Assembly: GCA_020053595.1 (NCBI GenBank)
Contig: JAGVMV010000006.1
Coordinates: 49,325-113,324 of the forward strand
From: Thermoleophilia bacterium
Lineage (GTDB): Bacteria > Actinomycetota > Thermoleophilia > BMS3ABIN01
Direction of reading: 5' to 3'
DNA length: 64,000 nucleotides
Shown: positions 10,937-20,060 of the stretch, in pieces
How positions within the stretch are numbered: the first letter of the stretch is position 1
How the letters are laid out: each line of letters opens with the position of its first letter
The notes under the pieces: model-generated
The model's database searches: none
Seen by the model: the letters and a program-made list of their open reading frames with translations, nothing else
What the model was told of the DNA's origin: nothing
Program-made: the position numbers and the translations under genes

Positions 10937-11884
10937 ATGATGACAGATGGATATATTCGACCCAAGGAGCTTGAATTGGGTTCCCTGCTCGGCAGGTTCT
11001 TCCTTTTGCTTTTTCTTATGATGATTCCGTTGGCGGGCGCGGCCTGTTCTGACGGTGAAAGCTTGCCGTTTTCTCCGGGCACCGTTTCAACGTCCACATC
11101 CGCGGACCTCCGTATCTCCATAGCTGGCATGTTCACCCCGAAGGAAACCTACTCGATTTATTCGGATCTGCTCGATTATATTGGTGAAAAGACCGGGCGC
11201 TCAACCATCCTGCAGCAGACCGGCAGTTATTCGAGTGTAAACGACCTGTTGGCACGCAAGGAAACTGACTTCGCGTTCCTGTGTTCTGGGGGTTACGTGG
11301 AGGCCTCTCATCATATGGGCCTGGTTCCTCTGGTGGCACCAGTGGTCAATGGGCAGCCGCTTTATTATTCCTATATCCTCGCTCGTGAGGGCAGTGGCAT
11401 TCAAAAATTCGAAGATTTTCGTGGCCGCCGCTTTGCCTTTGGCGATCCCCTGTCGCTGACCGGCACTCTGTATCCAATGTCGCTTATAAAACTCTCGGGC
11501 AACGGGTTGGACAGTTTTTTTGGAGATTACATTTACACCAACAACCACGACAATTCCATTAAGGCCATGATGGAAGGTGTGGTGGACGGGACAGCTGTCG
11601 ACAGTTTTATTTTTGACTACCTGAAGGCGCGTAATCCGGCCAGTGTCGCGGGGCTGGTGATAATTGAGAAATCACAGCCTTTCGGCTCGCCGCCCATTGT
11701 TGCTCGCCCGGGGCTACCGAAAGATTTGCGTGACCAGCTGATTCAAGTCCTCGTGGGGATGCAGGACGATCCCAAAGGCAGGGAAATCCTTACGCAGCTG
11801 GGAATCGAACGGTTTGTCCAGGTAGATGAATCTCTTTACGAGTCGGTTGAGCAACTGGAGGCGGAAATGACAATCCGTCAGTAA
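10937..11884 (+). CDS. PhnD/SsuA-like periplasmic substrate-binding lipoprotein (sensor accessory?)
   Basis: Signal peptide with a lipobox-like LAGAAC, and an ABC phosphonate/sulfonate-binding-like fold. Sits directly upstream of a histidine kinase gene. Confidence 0.65.
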   Translation: MMTDGYIRPKELELGSLLGRFFLLLFLMMIPLAGAACSDGESLPFSPGTVSTSTSADLRISIAGMFTPKETYSIYSDLLDYIGEKTGRSTILQQTGSYSSVNDLLARKETDFAFLCSGGYVEASHHMGLVPLVAPVVNGQPLYYSYILAREGSGIQKFEDFRGRRFAFGDPLSLTGTLYPMSLIKLSGNGLDSFFGDYIYTNNHDNSIKAMMEGVVDGTAVDSFIFDYLKARNPASVAGLVIIEKSQPFGSPPIVARPGLPKDLRDQLIQVLVGMQDDPKGREILTQLGIERFVQVDESLYESVEQLEAEMTIRQ

Positions 11885-11898
11885 CGGGGGAGATTTTA

Positions 11899-13386
11899 GT
11901 GCGGCGCCTCTCATCTCGCATAGCGAACGCAAGCCTGGGGAAAAAAGTCGCCGGGCTGCTGGCGTTAACAATCGCGCTTGCGGGCATCATTCTCTCGGGC
12001 GTGGGCACCCAAAGGCTGTACGGCCTTCTCATAGAGCAAAAACTTGATTCTTCCGAGCAGATCACCAGCGCGCTGGCCTCATCGGCGCTTCCTGATATTC
12101 TCACGCATGACTTCATAAGTTTACAGGACAGCACCGATCAGGTTCTGGCCCGTGACCGCCGTGAGGAAGTAGTCTACGTAGCAGTCTACGACACAAATGG
12201 TGCTCCCCTGGTTCATTCATCACGCCTTGATGGCGCGCAAGTTCCCGAAGAGACCCGGGAAATACGAAAGATCAGCGCGCCGCTGACCATTAACAACCGG
12301 AGCTTCGGCCGGATAGACATGTATATTTCGCTGAACCGGATCGAGGGCACCGTTTTATCCACGGTAATCTCGTTGGGATTGATTCTGGCGCTTGTGGTCG
12401 TGGCCTCCTCGGTGGGTATGGCGTTGGTGGCTTATCGAGTGGTAGTGGTGCCGGTGCAGAAGTTGGCCGTAAGCGCCAGGCAGATATCCGAAGGTAACCT
12501 CGATCTAAAAATCCCGGTTAAGTCGTACGACGAACTCGGTGGGCTGTCTGACGATTTCAACCGCATGGCGGAAAGTCTCAAAGAGCGTCAGGAGGAACTT
12601 CAGATCGCCTACGAAAAACTGGAAAGAAACTACCAGGCCATCAGGGAAGCATACAAGCAGCTTCGCGATCTGGACCGGATGAAATCAAAGTTCATCGCCG
12701 TGGTCTCCCATGAACTGCGGACGCCGCTATCTCTGATAAAGGGATATGTCGAGACCATGGCCGCGGGCAATCTGGGAAAGGTAACGGCGTTGCAGCAGAA
12801 AAAGCTGGGAGTTATCGTCGATAGCGTGGACCGCCTCTCGGACATCGTTGACAAGTCCCTGGATTTCTCGGTCATTGAACAGGGTAAAATGGCCATCGAG
12901 AAACAGAAATTGCAGCTAAGTGAAATTATCGAGCAGGTAGTGGATGAATTCGCTCTGGAGATATCGGGAAGGAAGTTAATCCTGGAGCAGCAGATCCCCC
13001 GGAAATTGCCGCTCATGCTCGGAGACAAGGTCAGGTTGCACCAGGTGTTTCATAACCTGGTAGCCAACGCGGTTGATTTTACATCTGAAAAAGGAACGGT
13101 TGGCATCCACGCGGGTTTTGATTCAGAAAAGAAGCTCAATGTGGTTGTAGTCACGGATACAGGACCGGGCATATCCAGTGAAGACCTGGAGCACTTGTTT
13201 TCTCCTTTTTATCAGGTGGAAAGTCCGATAATCCGCAAACATCCTGGAGTAGGCCTGGGTCTTGCTATCGCCAAGGGGATCGTGGAGCAGCACGGAGGGA
13301 ACATCGACGTAGTGAGTGAAGTGGGCAAGGGTTCGACCTTCACAATATCGTTTCCCGTGCTCGATGGTGTGAGAGATCAGATATGA
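11899..13386 (+). CDS. sensor histidine kinase (HAMP-HisKA-HATPase)
   Basis: TM, a periplasmic loop, TM, HAMP, an H-box (SHELRTPLS) and N/G boxes. Confidence 0.85.
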   Translation: MRRLSSRIANASLGKKVAGLLALTIALAGIILSGVGTQRLYGLLIEQKLDSSEQITSALASSALPDILTHDFISLQDSTDQVLARDRREEVVYVAVYDTNGAPLVHSSRLDGAQVPEETREIRKISAPLTINNRSFGRIDMYISLNRIEGTVLSTVISLGLILALVVVASSVGMALVAYRVVVVPVQKLAVSARQISEGNLDLKIPVKSYDELGGLSDDFNRMAESLKERQEELQIAYEKLERNYQAIREAYKQLRDLDRMKSKFIAVVSHELRTPLSLIKGYVETMAAGNLGKVTALQQKKLGVIVDSVDRLSDIVDKSLDFSVIEQGKMAIEKQKLQLSEIIEQVVDEFALEISGRKLILEQQIPRKLPLMLGDKVRLHQVFHNLVANAVDFTSEKGTVGIHAGFDSEKKLNVVVVTDTGPGISSEDLEHLFSPFYQVESPIIRKHPGVGLGLAIAKGIVEQHGGNIDVVSEVGKGSTFTISFPVLDGVRDQI

Positions 13387-13410
13387 TGAATGGATTAACC
13401 AGAAGGCCGC

Positions 13411-14196
13411 TTGCAAAGGGGATTGGGAGGGAATATGACATCTAGTAAAGTTCTGGTTGTTGATGATGAGCCGGGGATATGTGACATTGTCTGCCTTAAT
13501 CTCGAAGGTGAGGGTTATGAAGCCGAATGTGCCCATAGCGGCAGGTCAGCATTGGACAAAATCAAAGCCACACCACCGGATCTGATCATTCTCGATATCA
13601 TGATGCCCGAGGTGGACGGCTGGGAAGTCCTCTCATTCATCAAGGGTGATCCGGTAACCAGCGAGATCCCGGTCATCCTTCTATCCGCGAAAAGTGAAGA
13701 GATCTCCAAGCTGCTGGGATTCCAGCTGGGGGCGCAGGATTACGTTACAAAGCCCTTCAGTGTCAAGGAGCTGATCGCTCGCGTCGGCGCCGCCCTCGAG
13801 CACGTTCGAGCACGGGCGGAAGAGGCTCAGCCATCAGGACCTTCCTATGAAGCAGGGAAGATCGCTGCCCTCAAGGATAATGAGGTCTTTTTTCTCGATC
13901 CGTCCGAGATATTCTTTGCCGCCGCCGACCGGAATAATACATATCTTCACACGAATGAGGAAAAGTATCTCGTGCGCAGGAATTTAAGCTATATAGAAAC
14001 CCGGCTGACCGACAGGTTTCTGCGAGTTCATAAGAGTTATATTGTCAATCTGGGCAGAGTTAGCAAGCTTTCTTCACCTACCCGTGGTTCCTACCTCGTA
14101 GAACTTACTAACGAATCAAGGACCAGGGTTCCATTGAGTCGGAGTAAGGTGGGGCTGCTCCGCCGCGCCCTTTCGGGGGCCGGAGCAGCCCATTAG
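13411..14196 (+). CDS. LytR/AlgR-family response regulator (REC + LytTR DNA-binding domain)
   Basis: REC domain followed by a LytTR domain (FLRVHKSYIVNLGRV). Confidence 0.85.
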   Translation: MQRGLGGNMTSSKVLVVDDEPGICDIVCLNLEGEGYEAECAHSGRSALDKIKATPPDLIILDIMMPEVDGWEVLSFIKGDPVTSEIPVILLSAKSEEISKLLGFQLGAQDYVTKPFSVKELIARVGAALEHVRARAEEAQPSGPSYEAGKIAALKDNEVFFLDPSEIFFAAADRNNTYLHTNEEKYLVRRNLSYIETRLTDRFLRVHKSYIVNLGRVSKLSSPTRGSYLVELTNESRTRVPLSRSKVGLLRRALSGAGAAH

Positions 14197-14565
14197 AAGC
14201 AGATCAAGTCAGTAGTTACGGCTGGCTCAGGGCTTCCCGACAACTCCATTGAAGCTGTTTTTGTTGTAGATCACCCATACCACTTGCTTTTCTGGACACT
14301 TCTCTTTCCTCCCTGTTCGTCTGTACCGTAATAAGAGTAACTATATAATAGAAATTATTTACCTATTGTAGTTATATTATGACGTACTGTGCCAAAAGCA
14401 GATTAATTGTGAAATGCACAAGTCATACAACATCAGGGAAATCCCCTATACACTATCTGCTTAATTAAAGTTAATATCAGGCCGAGAAAGTATAAGCGGT
14501 GCATAAATTAATATATTCTGTGTTTCTAGCTTGATAGAAAGCATATCCGCATAACTTCACAGGCA

Positions 14566-14597
14566 AGATGCACAATATATTGTGATATGCACATCAC
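14566..14597. promoter_or_regulatory. overlapping dyad-symmetric operator-like motifs in an AT-rich promoter region upstream of the cytochrome/molybdoenzyme operon
   Basis: CACAATATATTGTG is a perfect 14-bp palindrome and overlaps the near-palindrome GTGATaTGCAcATCAC. The 13-bp motif TGTGA(A/T)ATGCACA also occurs at 14409-14421. Local GC is about 38% against about 60% genome-wide. Confidence 0.3.
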
Positions 14598-14751
14598 GTA
14601 CTAGTTTGCGGGATAAGGAGGTGGAGGCGAACGGCATATATCATCAAGACCGCGGAAGAGGAGTGTTCGTCCGGCGTGGATTCCAGGTCAAGCACTCAGA
14701 CATATAACGAAAAACAAGTTCAATTGGGAGGTGAAGGAATTGAGATTTAAG

Positions 14752-15654
14752 ATGAGCCTAAAGAAGAAGGTTATTGCAATATCAATGTTGGCGGCGTTGC
14801 TTACGTTCGTCATTGGACTGAGCGCAATCTTCGCTTCTTCAGCGCCCCCGGCGAGTCCTCACTATAGTTATAGCGAGTGCACCGCCTGTCATTCGGATCA
14901 GATCGATTACCACAGCACTGCATCCAGCCATCAATACTCGGAGTGCATCTCCTGCCATGGCGATCGCACGGACGAGCAATCCCTTTACGACGCTTCTTAC
15001 GGTCAGTATTTTGATGGTCCGCACAAGGTGCACCTGACCTCCAGCCAGCTTTCGTTTACCTGTACCCAGTGCCATGAATCAGTGGATATCAGGGAAAAGT
15101 CCGCGGCTTCAGTCAGGCGACAGGTATCGATGGAGTGCTCCAAGTGCCACAGTCCCTTCCCGACATCAATGAATCCTGCATGGGCCACGCAGGACTGCAC
15201 GACATGTCACACGGACTGGCAGAGCAGCCATTCATCCGATCCCTCGATCAACACGGCGAATATCGCACCAGCCGACTGCATTGGTTGCCACGGAGGAAGA
15301 TCCTGGTACCTGTCGGGTATGGCTTCGGCTAGTCTGGCCAGAGGCAACACCTACTGGGCCAGCTATGACGACTACTCGGCCAGAAAACTGTCGGTCGACT
15401 TCTCTATCTCGAACAGCGGTTCGGGAACGGCAAACGGTTTGAACTTATCCAACGTTCTGTCTACGAACGGAGTGGGCGCGATAACGACGTTGCCACTGTC
15501 TCTTGGGGATCTGTCGCAGGACACCGCCGCCGATTTCACGATGGTGTATTCGGTGCCGAATGGAGTCGGATCCTTCAGGACTTCACTGTACGCCAATGCT
15601 ATAAATGACGACGATCAGACGCAATACTGGCCTTCACCGCCGCCCTCTCCCTGA
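14752..15654 (+). CDS. secreted hexaheme c-type cytochrome with a C-terminal non-heme beta-rich domain and a Pro-rich tail
   Basis: N-terminal signal/TM segment and six CxxCH motifs (CTACH, CISCH, CTQCH, CSKCH, CTTCH, CIGCH). A ~120-aa Ser/Gly/Asn-rich domain follows and the protein ends in PSPPPSP. A GTG at 14731 is an alternative start. Confidence 0.8.
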   Translation: MSLKKKVIAISMLAALLTFVIGLSAIFASSAPPASPHYSYSECTACHSDQIDYHSTASSHQYSECISCHGDRTDEQSLYDASYGQYFDGPHKVHLTSSQLSFTCTQCHESVDIREKSAASVRRQVSMECSKCHSPFPTSMNPAWATQDCTTCHTDWQSSHSSDPSINTANIAPADCIGCHGGRSWYLSGMASASLARGNTYWASYDDYSARKLSVDFSISNSGSGTANGLNLSNVLSTNGVGAITTLPLSLGDLSQDTAADFTMVYSVPNGVGSFRTSLYANAINDDDQTQYWPSPPPSP

Positions 15655-15705
15655 GGCGGAAAGAGCGAAGCTCTGAAAAGCCAAAACGGGAAAAGGAGCG
15701 GTATC

Positions 15706-15861
15706 GTGATAGCGAAAGGTAAGAAAACAGACAAACAGGAAAAAAGGCGCAAGGCCTACGCGAAGCCGGAACTGGCAATGCACGACAACTTGAAGGATAT
15801 AACCTTCGAGTGCCAGGCCTGGCAGTGCAGCGTTGTAGTGCCGCCGCCTCCGGAGCACTAG
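15706..15861 (+). CDS. small ORF (51 aa), Lys-rich N-terminus with a C-terminal CxxxC-VVVPPPPEH
   Basis: GTG start preceded by AAGGAG at 7-nt spacing. Lies between the cytochrome and the molybdoenzyme gene. It is absent from the ORF track only because it is shorter than 60 aa. Confidence 0.35.
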   Translation: MIAKGKKTDKQEKRRKAYAKPELAMHDNLKDITFECQAWQCSVVVPPPPEH

Positions 15862-15944
15862 GAGAAAGCAAATGCGTCGGAATGACAGAAATAATAAAGC
15901 GCAGCATCAAATGCGCTGGAAGCCAAGCGAAAGAGGTGAGCTAA

Positions 15945-18557
15945 ATGACAGATGAAAGCAGCAAGGGCGGTAGCCTTGAAATAAACCCAAGCGTCTCACG
16001 CCGTTCCTTTCTGAAATGGGGAAGCGCCATCAGCGGCACGGCGGTAGCCAGCGTTCTGATGCCTGGCGGTCTCCTCAAGCAGGTCTTCGGTACCGGCACG
16101 GCCAAGGCCGCCGATGAAGGCAGCTGGATCTATACCGCCTGTAACATGTGCGGCGGTCAATCCGGCATCAAGGTGAACGTGATCGACGGCGCCGTCAGGA
16201 AGATCGAGCCCAGCGAATACAATGCCGCAAGCATCGCCAACACCTGCCTGAACGACCCGGCGGACCCGGCCGACTTCCTGAACAACTGCGCCGGCAGCGG
16301 TTGGGGCGGCACCATGTGCCCCAAGGGCAACTCGGCGATCAAGTCACTGTATGACCCGGATCGCGTCCTGATGCCCATGAAGCGTGATCCGGCCTCTCCA
16401 AGGGGGGAGGGAGCAGTGTTCAACCCGATCTCCTGGGACGACTGCCTCAATGAGATCAAGATAAAACTGCAGGACCTAAAGGCTGAGCAGAGCGGCAACG
16501 GCGCCCATCAGCTCCTCTGGTTCGGGGAGGATCACTCCTTTACCCATATCCAGCAGGACTTCATGAAATGCTACGGGTCGTCGAACTACATGAACCACTC
16601 CAACCTCTGCGACACCAGCCGCAAGAGGAACTATAGCGTGCCTCTCGGCGACGAGCGGCCGCTGGCGGACTTCGCCCATGCCAAGTACGCCATGCTCTGG
16701 GGCTGGAATCCCCTGTCGGCCATCAAGTGGGCGCACCTGCCCCGCATTATCAGGCAGTTCTTTGACAATGGCGGGCGCATGGTCTGCGTCGACCCGGTCT
16801 TCAGCCACACCGCCGCGACAGCCTGCCGCAACGGCGGCGAGTGGGTGCCGCTCAAGCCCGGCACGGACGGCGCCATGGCTCTGGCGATGGCGTACGTTAT
16901 CATCAACGAGAGCCGTTACGACGCAGCCTTCGTCTCCAGCTATGTCCTCGGATTCAACGAGTATAAGGACTATGTGAACGGAGTCAGCGACGGAACGCCC
17001 AAGACGCCCGCCTGGGCTGAGACCAAGACCGGCGTACCCGCCGCGACCATCGAGCGGCTGGCCCGTGAGCTGGCCGATCCGGCCAACCACCCGGCAGTCA
17101 TCGATATCTGGTCCGGACCCGGCCAGCACACCAACGCGACCCAGGGCGGTCGCGCGGTTACCGCCCTCCTGGCGCTCACCGGCCAGATCGGCGGCAAGGG
17201 CCAGATGGTGTACCCGAACAAGAAGGGCTCGAAGCACCGCACCATGACCAACACGCACGACACCGGCGCCGGCAAGTCGCTGGCGAGGCCGAGGGTCGAC
17301 GGTTATAACTTGTCCAAGGCCTCCGGTGGATATCCATCGGCACACAGTTCAGGCATCTATGTCCGGGCCCGTGACGTAATGCTCGATTCGGACCTGTCGC
17401 CCGCGGCCTACTGGGCCAAGTACCCCTACCTGGGCGCCACTGAGGCCGAGGCTGACACCAACCGCCCCAAAGCGGTAATGTTCATGTTCCAGAACTGGGT
17501 GATGTCGATTCCCAACACGCAGAAGAACATCGACGCCATCAACAAGATGGACCTGGTCATCTGCTGCGACACCCATCTCAGCGAGACCGCCCAGATGGCC
17601 GACTACATCATCCCGGGTTCCCATGCCCTGGAGCGCTACGACTACAACTCCAACTGGGTGACCCACTACAGCCTGAGTCTGCGGCAGCCGGTGGTAAGCT
17701 CCTGGATCGGCAACCCCTACCGCTTCGAGGCCGGGGTTCTCATGGAACTGGCCACCAGAATGGGTCTGGCCGGCGACGCCGGCAGCACCTCTCCGGGCAA
17801 CTTCAGCATGACCTACGAGCAGTTCCTGGGTCAGGAGCTCCTGGGTGACTCGACCCTGAAGGCCAGCATCCACCCGACTGGAGATCTCACCAACATGGCG
17901 GACTGCGACACGGCTTTGAACAACTTCAAGGCGTTGCCGGGAGTGCATTGGCCATCCCCGACCGAGCTGGCCGCGAATGTCGCCAGCTGGGGCACCAAGT
18001 ATGGCAAGAAGAGCAAGCTGATGCAGGGCAGCGCGGAGAAGATAGTCCTGAACTCCGCCAGCATCTACGACAACGGTGTCGCGGGCACCGGCATCACCGG
18101 CTATAAGTCACTGCAGACTGCCGGTTACGACGCGCTTCCGAAATATGCCGATCCGGAAGACTCGCCGGCGAACAATCCCGGTTATCCCCTCCATCTGGTC
18201 AACTGGAAGCAGGTCGAGCACACGCACTCGCGGACGTTCAACAACGTGTGGCTCATGGAGATGAAGGGGCATAACCCGCTCTACATCAACACGGCGACCG
18301 CCGCCAGCCTGGGCATCGTCGATGGCGACGCCATCAAGGTGGAATCGCCTTACGCGACAGTTGACGCCACGGCCTTCGTCACCGAGGGCATCGAGCCGAG
18401 CACCGTGGGCATGTTGCACGGTTTCGGGCACACGGCGCTGGGAGAGGTCGCCAAGGGCAAGGGCACGTCGGACGGCGCGCTGCCGGCCGGCAAAGCCGAA
18501 TCTATTTCCGGCCAGGCAATCCATAAGGAGACGGCCGTGAAAGTCTACGGGGCCTAG
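15945..18557 (+). CDS. Tat-exported molybdopterin oxidoreductase catalytic subunit (CISM family; substrate unknown)
   Basis: Twin-arginine signal (SRRSFLKWGSAISGTAVAS), molybdopterin oxidoreductase and dinucleotide-binding domains, 870 aa. The N-terminal Cys spacing is atypical (C-x2-C then distant Cys residues). Confidence 0.88.
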   Translation: MTDESSKGGSLEINPSVSRRSFLKWGSAISGTAVASVLMPGGLLKQVFGTGTAKAADEGSWIYTACNMCGGQSGIKVNVIDGAVRKIEPSEYNAASIANTCLNDPADPADFLNNCAGSGWGGTMCPKGNSAIKSLYDPDRVLMPMKRDPASPRGEGAVFNPISWDDCLNEIKIKLQDLKAEQSGNGAHQLLWFGEDHSFTHIQQDFMKCYGSSNYMNHSNLCDTSRKRNYSVPLGDERPLADFAHAKYAMLWGWNPLSAIKWAHLPRIIRQFFDNGGRMVCVDPVFSHTAATACRNGGEWVPLKPGTDGAMALAMAYVIINESRYDAAFVSSYVLGFNEYKDYVNGVSDGTPKTPAWAETKTGVPAATIERLARELADPANHPAVIDIWSGPGQHTNATQGGRAVTALLALTGQIGGKGQMVYPNKKGSKHRTMTNTHDTGAGKSLARPRVDGYNLSKASGGYPSAHSSGIYVRARDVMLDSDLSPAAYWAKYPYLGATEAEADTNRPKAVMFMFQNWVMSIPNTQKNIDAINKMDLVICCDTHLSETAQMADYIIPGSHALERYDYNSNWVTHYSLSLRQPVVSSWIGNPYRFEAGVLMELATRMGLAGDAGSTSPGNFSMTYEQFLGQELLGDSTLKASIHPTGDLTNMADCDTALNNFKALPGVHWPSPTELAANVASWGTKYGKKSKLMQGSAEKIVLNSASIYDNGVAGTGITGYKSLQTAGYDALPKYADPEDSPANNPGYPLHLVNWKQVEHTHSRTFNNVWLMEMKGHNPLYINTATAASLGIVDGDAIKVESPYATVDATAFVTEGIEPSTVGMLHGFGHTALGEVAKGKGTSDGALPAGKAESISGQAIHKETAVKVYGA

Positions 18558-18575
18558 AAAGGAGGGTGATTTAAC

Positions 18576-19127
18576 ATGGCTGCAAACCCCAATCAGCTCG
18601 GCTTTGAATACGATATGGTCAAATGTATCGGATGCAGGGCCTGCGAGGGAGCGTGCAAACAGCAGAACAACGTGGAGTTGGGAGTGCGTTTTCGGAGGGT
18701 GACCACTTTTAACGGCGGCACCTACCCGACTCCGTTCACCAACTACATGTCGATGGCGTGCAACCACTGTGAAAAGCCCGCCTGTGCGGCGGCTTGTCCG
18801 GTGGACGCGATCACCAAACGGGCCAGCGATGGCATCGTCATCATTGATAACAACAAGTGCAACGGATGCAAGCTGTGCATGGAGGCTTGTCCCTATGGTG
18901 CTCCACAGTATAACCCCGTGACCAAAAAGGTGGAGAAGTGCCATATGTGCTACACGCGCATCGACGCCGGCCTGTCTCCAGCCTGTGTGCAGACCTGCAT
19001 GGCGCGAGTGCTCAAGCATGGAGTGCTGTCAACACTGACAGGTGACAAGGGCAAGAACGTAGCCCACTTTGCCAATCCCAAACACACGCACCCGTCGATA
19101 CGGATTTCCCCGCCCGACAGGCAATAA
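18576..19127 (+). CDS. 4Fe-4S ferredoxin-type electron-transfer subunit (DmsB/PsrB-like)
   Basis: Four Cys clusters, including CxxCxxCxxxC-type motifs (CIGCRACEGAC, CNHCEKPACAAACP, CNGCKLCMEACP). Confidence 0.9.
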   Translation: MAANPNQLGFEYDMVKCIGCRACEGACKQQNNVELGVRFRRVTTFNGGTYPTPFTNYMSMACNHCEKPACAAACPVDAITKRASDGIVIIDNNKCNGCKLCMEACPYGAPQYNPVTKKVEKCHMCYTRIDAGLSPACVQTCMARVLKHGVLSTLTGDKGKNVAHFANPKHTHPSIRISPPDRQ

Positions 19128-19136
19128 GGAGTAAAA

Positions 19137-19781
19137 ATGGAAGCTCTGGACAACAAGATAATGGACAATGATACACGGACACGGATTGTTGTCTATGACT
19201 TCCTGAGGCGTGTGTTTCTGCACGAACCCACGGATGAGTTCTTCGGGCGCCTGGTTGAGAGTGGCATACTCGAGGATCTAAACGACCTGCCCGGCATCGA
19301 GAAGATGCGGTCTTATGTGCAATCGGCCCTCTCTTCCGGAGATATCGATGCAGTGCGGCAGGACTTCTACCAACTGTTCCTGGGACCCAGGCGTCTGAAG
19401 GCTCCCCCGTGGGAATCGGTTTACCGGTCGGAATTACGGCTGGTAAATCAAAAATCGACAACCGAAGTGCGGCAACTGTACGCGCGATTCGGGTTTGAGA
19501 CTGAAGCCGGCCAGCTGGAAGACCACTTCGGCACGGAATGTGACTTCCTCTTCAGGTTGTGCAGCCTCTTGGGAGTGATCGACAAGCACGGGCGGTACGA
19601 TCTCCTGGGCGTCCAGAAGCGCTTCATCGGGGATCATCTGCTTAAATGGGTGCCCGGGTTCGCGGAAGACATCATGAAAAACGCGCTTACCGATTACTTT
19701 CGTGGGCTAGGAGAGTTCGTGGGCTATTGGGTGCGCAATGAAGAAGAATACCTGGACACAGTGTGGTCTGAAAGCAAATGA
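19137..19781 (+). CDS. TorD/DmsD-family redox-enzyme maturation chaperone
   Basis: Conserved EDHFGTECDFL (E-x-DH) motif of the TorD family at about 210 aa, and an operon position after the catalytic and FeS subunits. Confidence 0.75.
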   Translation: MEALDNKIMDNDTRTRIVVYDFLRRVFLHEPTDEFFGRLVESGILEDLNDLPGIEKMRSYVQSALSSGDIDAVRQDFYQLFLGPRRLKAPPWESVYRSELRLVNQKSTTEVRQLYARFGFETEAGQLEDHFGTECDFLFRLCSLLGVIDKHGRYDLLGVQKRFIGDHLLKWVPGFAEDIMKNALTDYFRGLGEFVGYWVRNEEEYLDTVWSESK

Positions 19782-19829
19782 TGCATCAGTAGGGTCTGGA
19801 ATATTAAATGGAAAGACAGGTGAATTAAA

Positions 19830-20060
19830 ATGCCAAGCATAGGATGGCAGGAACTGGTTGTAGTCTTGGTGATAGCATTGATGATATTCGGTACCAAGCG
19901 TTTGCCCGAAGTTGGTCGTTCGATGGGCAGTGCCTTGAAGGAATTCAAAGCGGGGACTCAGGAAATAAAAGGAAAAACGAGCATTCGAGCGGAAGCGATC
20001 GCAGTTGAGCCGAAAAGCGTTGCCGCTGAGCCGAAAAGCGATGCCATCGAAACAATCTGA
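19830..20060 (+). CDS. tatA: twin-arginine translocase TatA/E
   Basis: N-terminal TM helix followed by the amphipathic GTKRLPEVGRSMGSALKEFK helix, 76 aa. Confidence 0.85.
   Translation: MPSIGWQELVVVLVIALMIFGTKRLPEVGRSMGSALKEFKAGTQEIKGKTSIRAEAIAVEPKSVAAEPKSDAIETI

Noticed and set aside
15872-15955. 27-codon ORF (MRRNDRNNKAQHQMRWKPSERGELNDR) with a GGAG upstream.
   Set aside because: It overlaps the molybdoenzyme start and RBS and has a low-complexity basic sequence. It is most likely 5' UTR.
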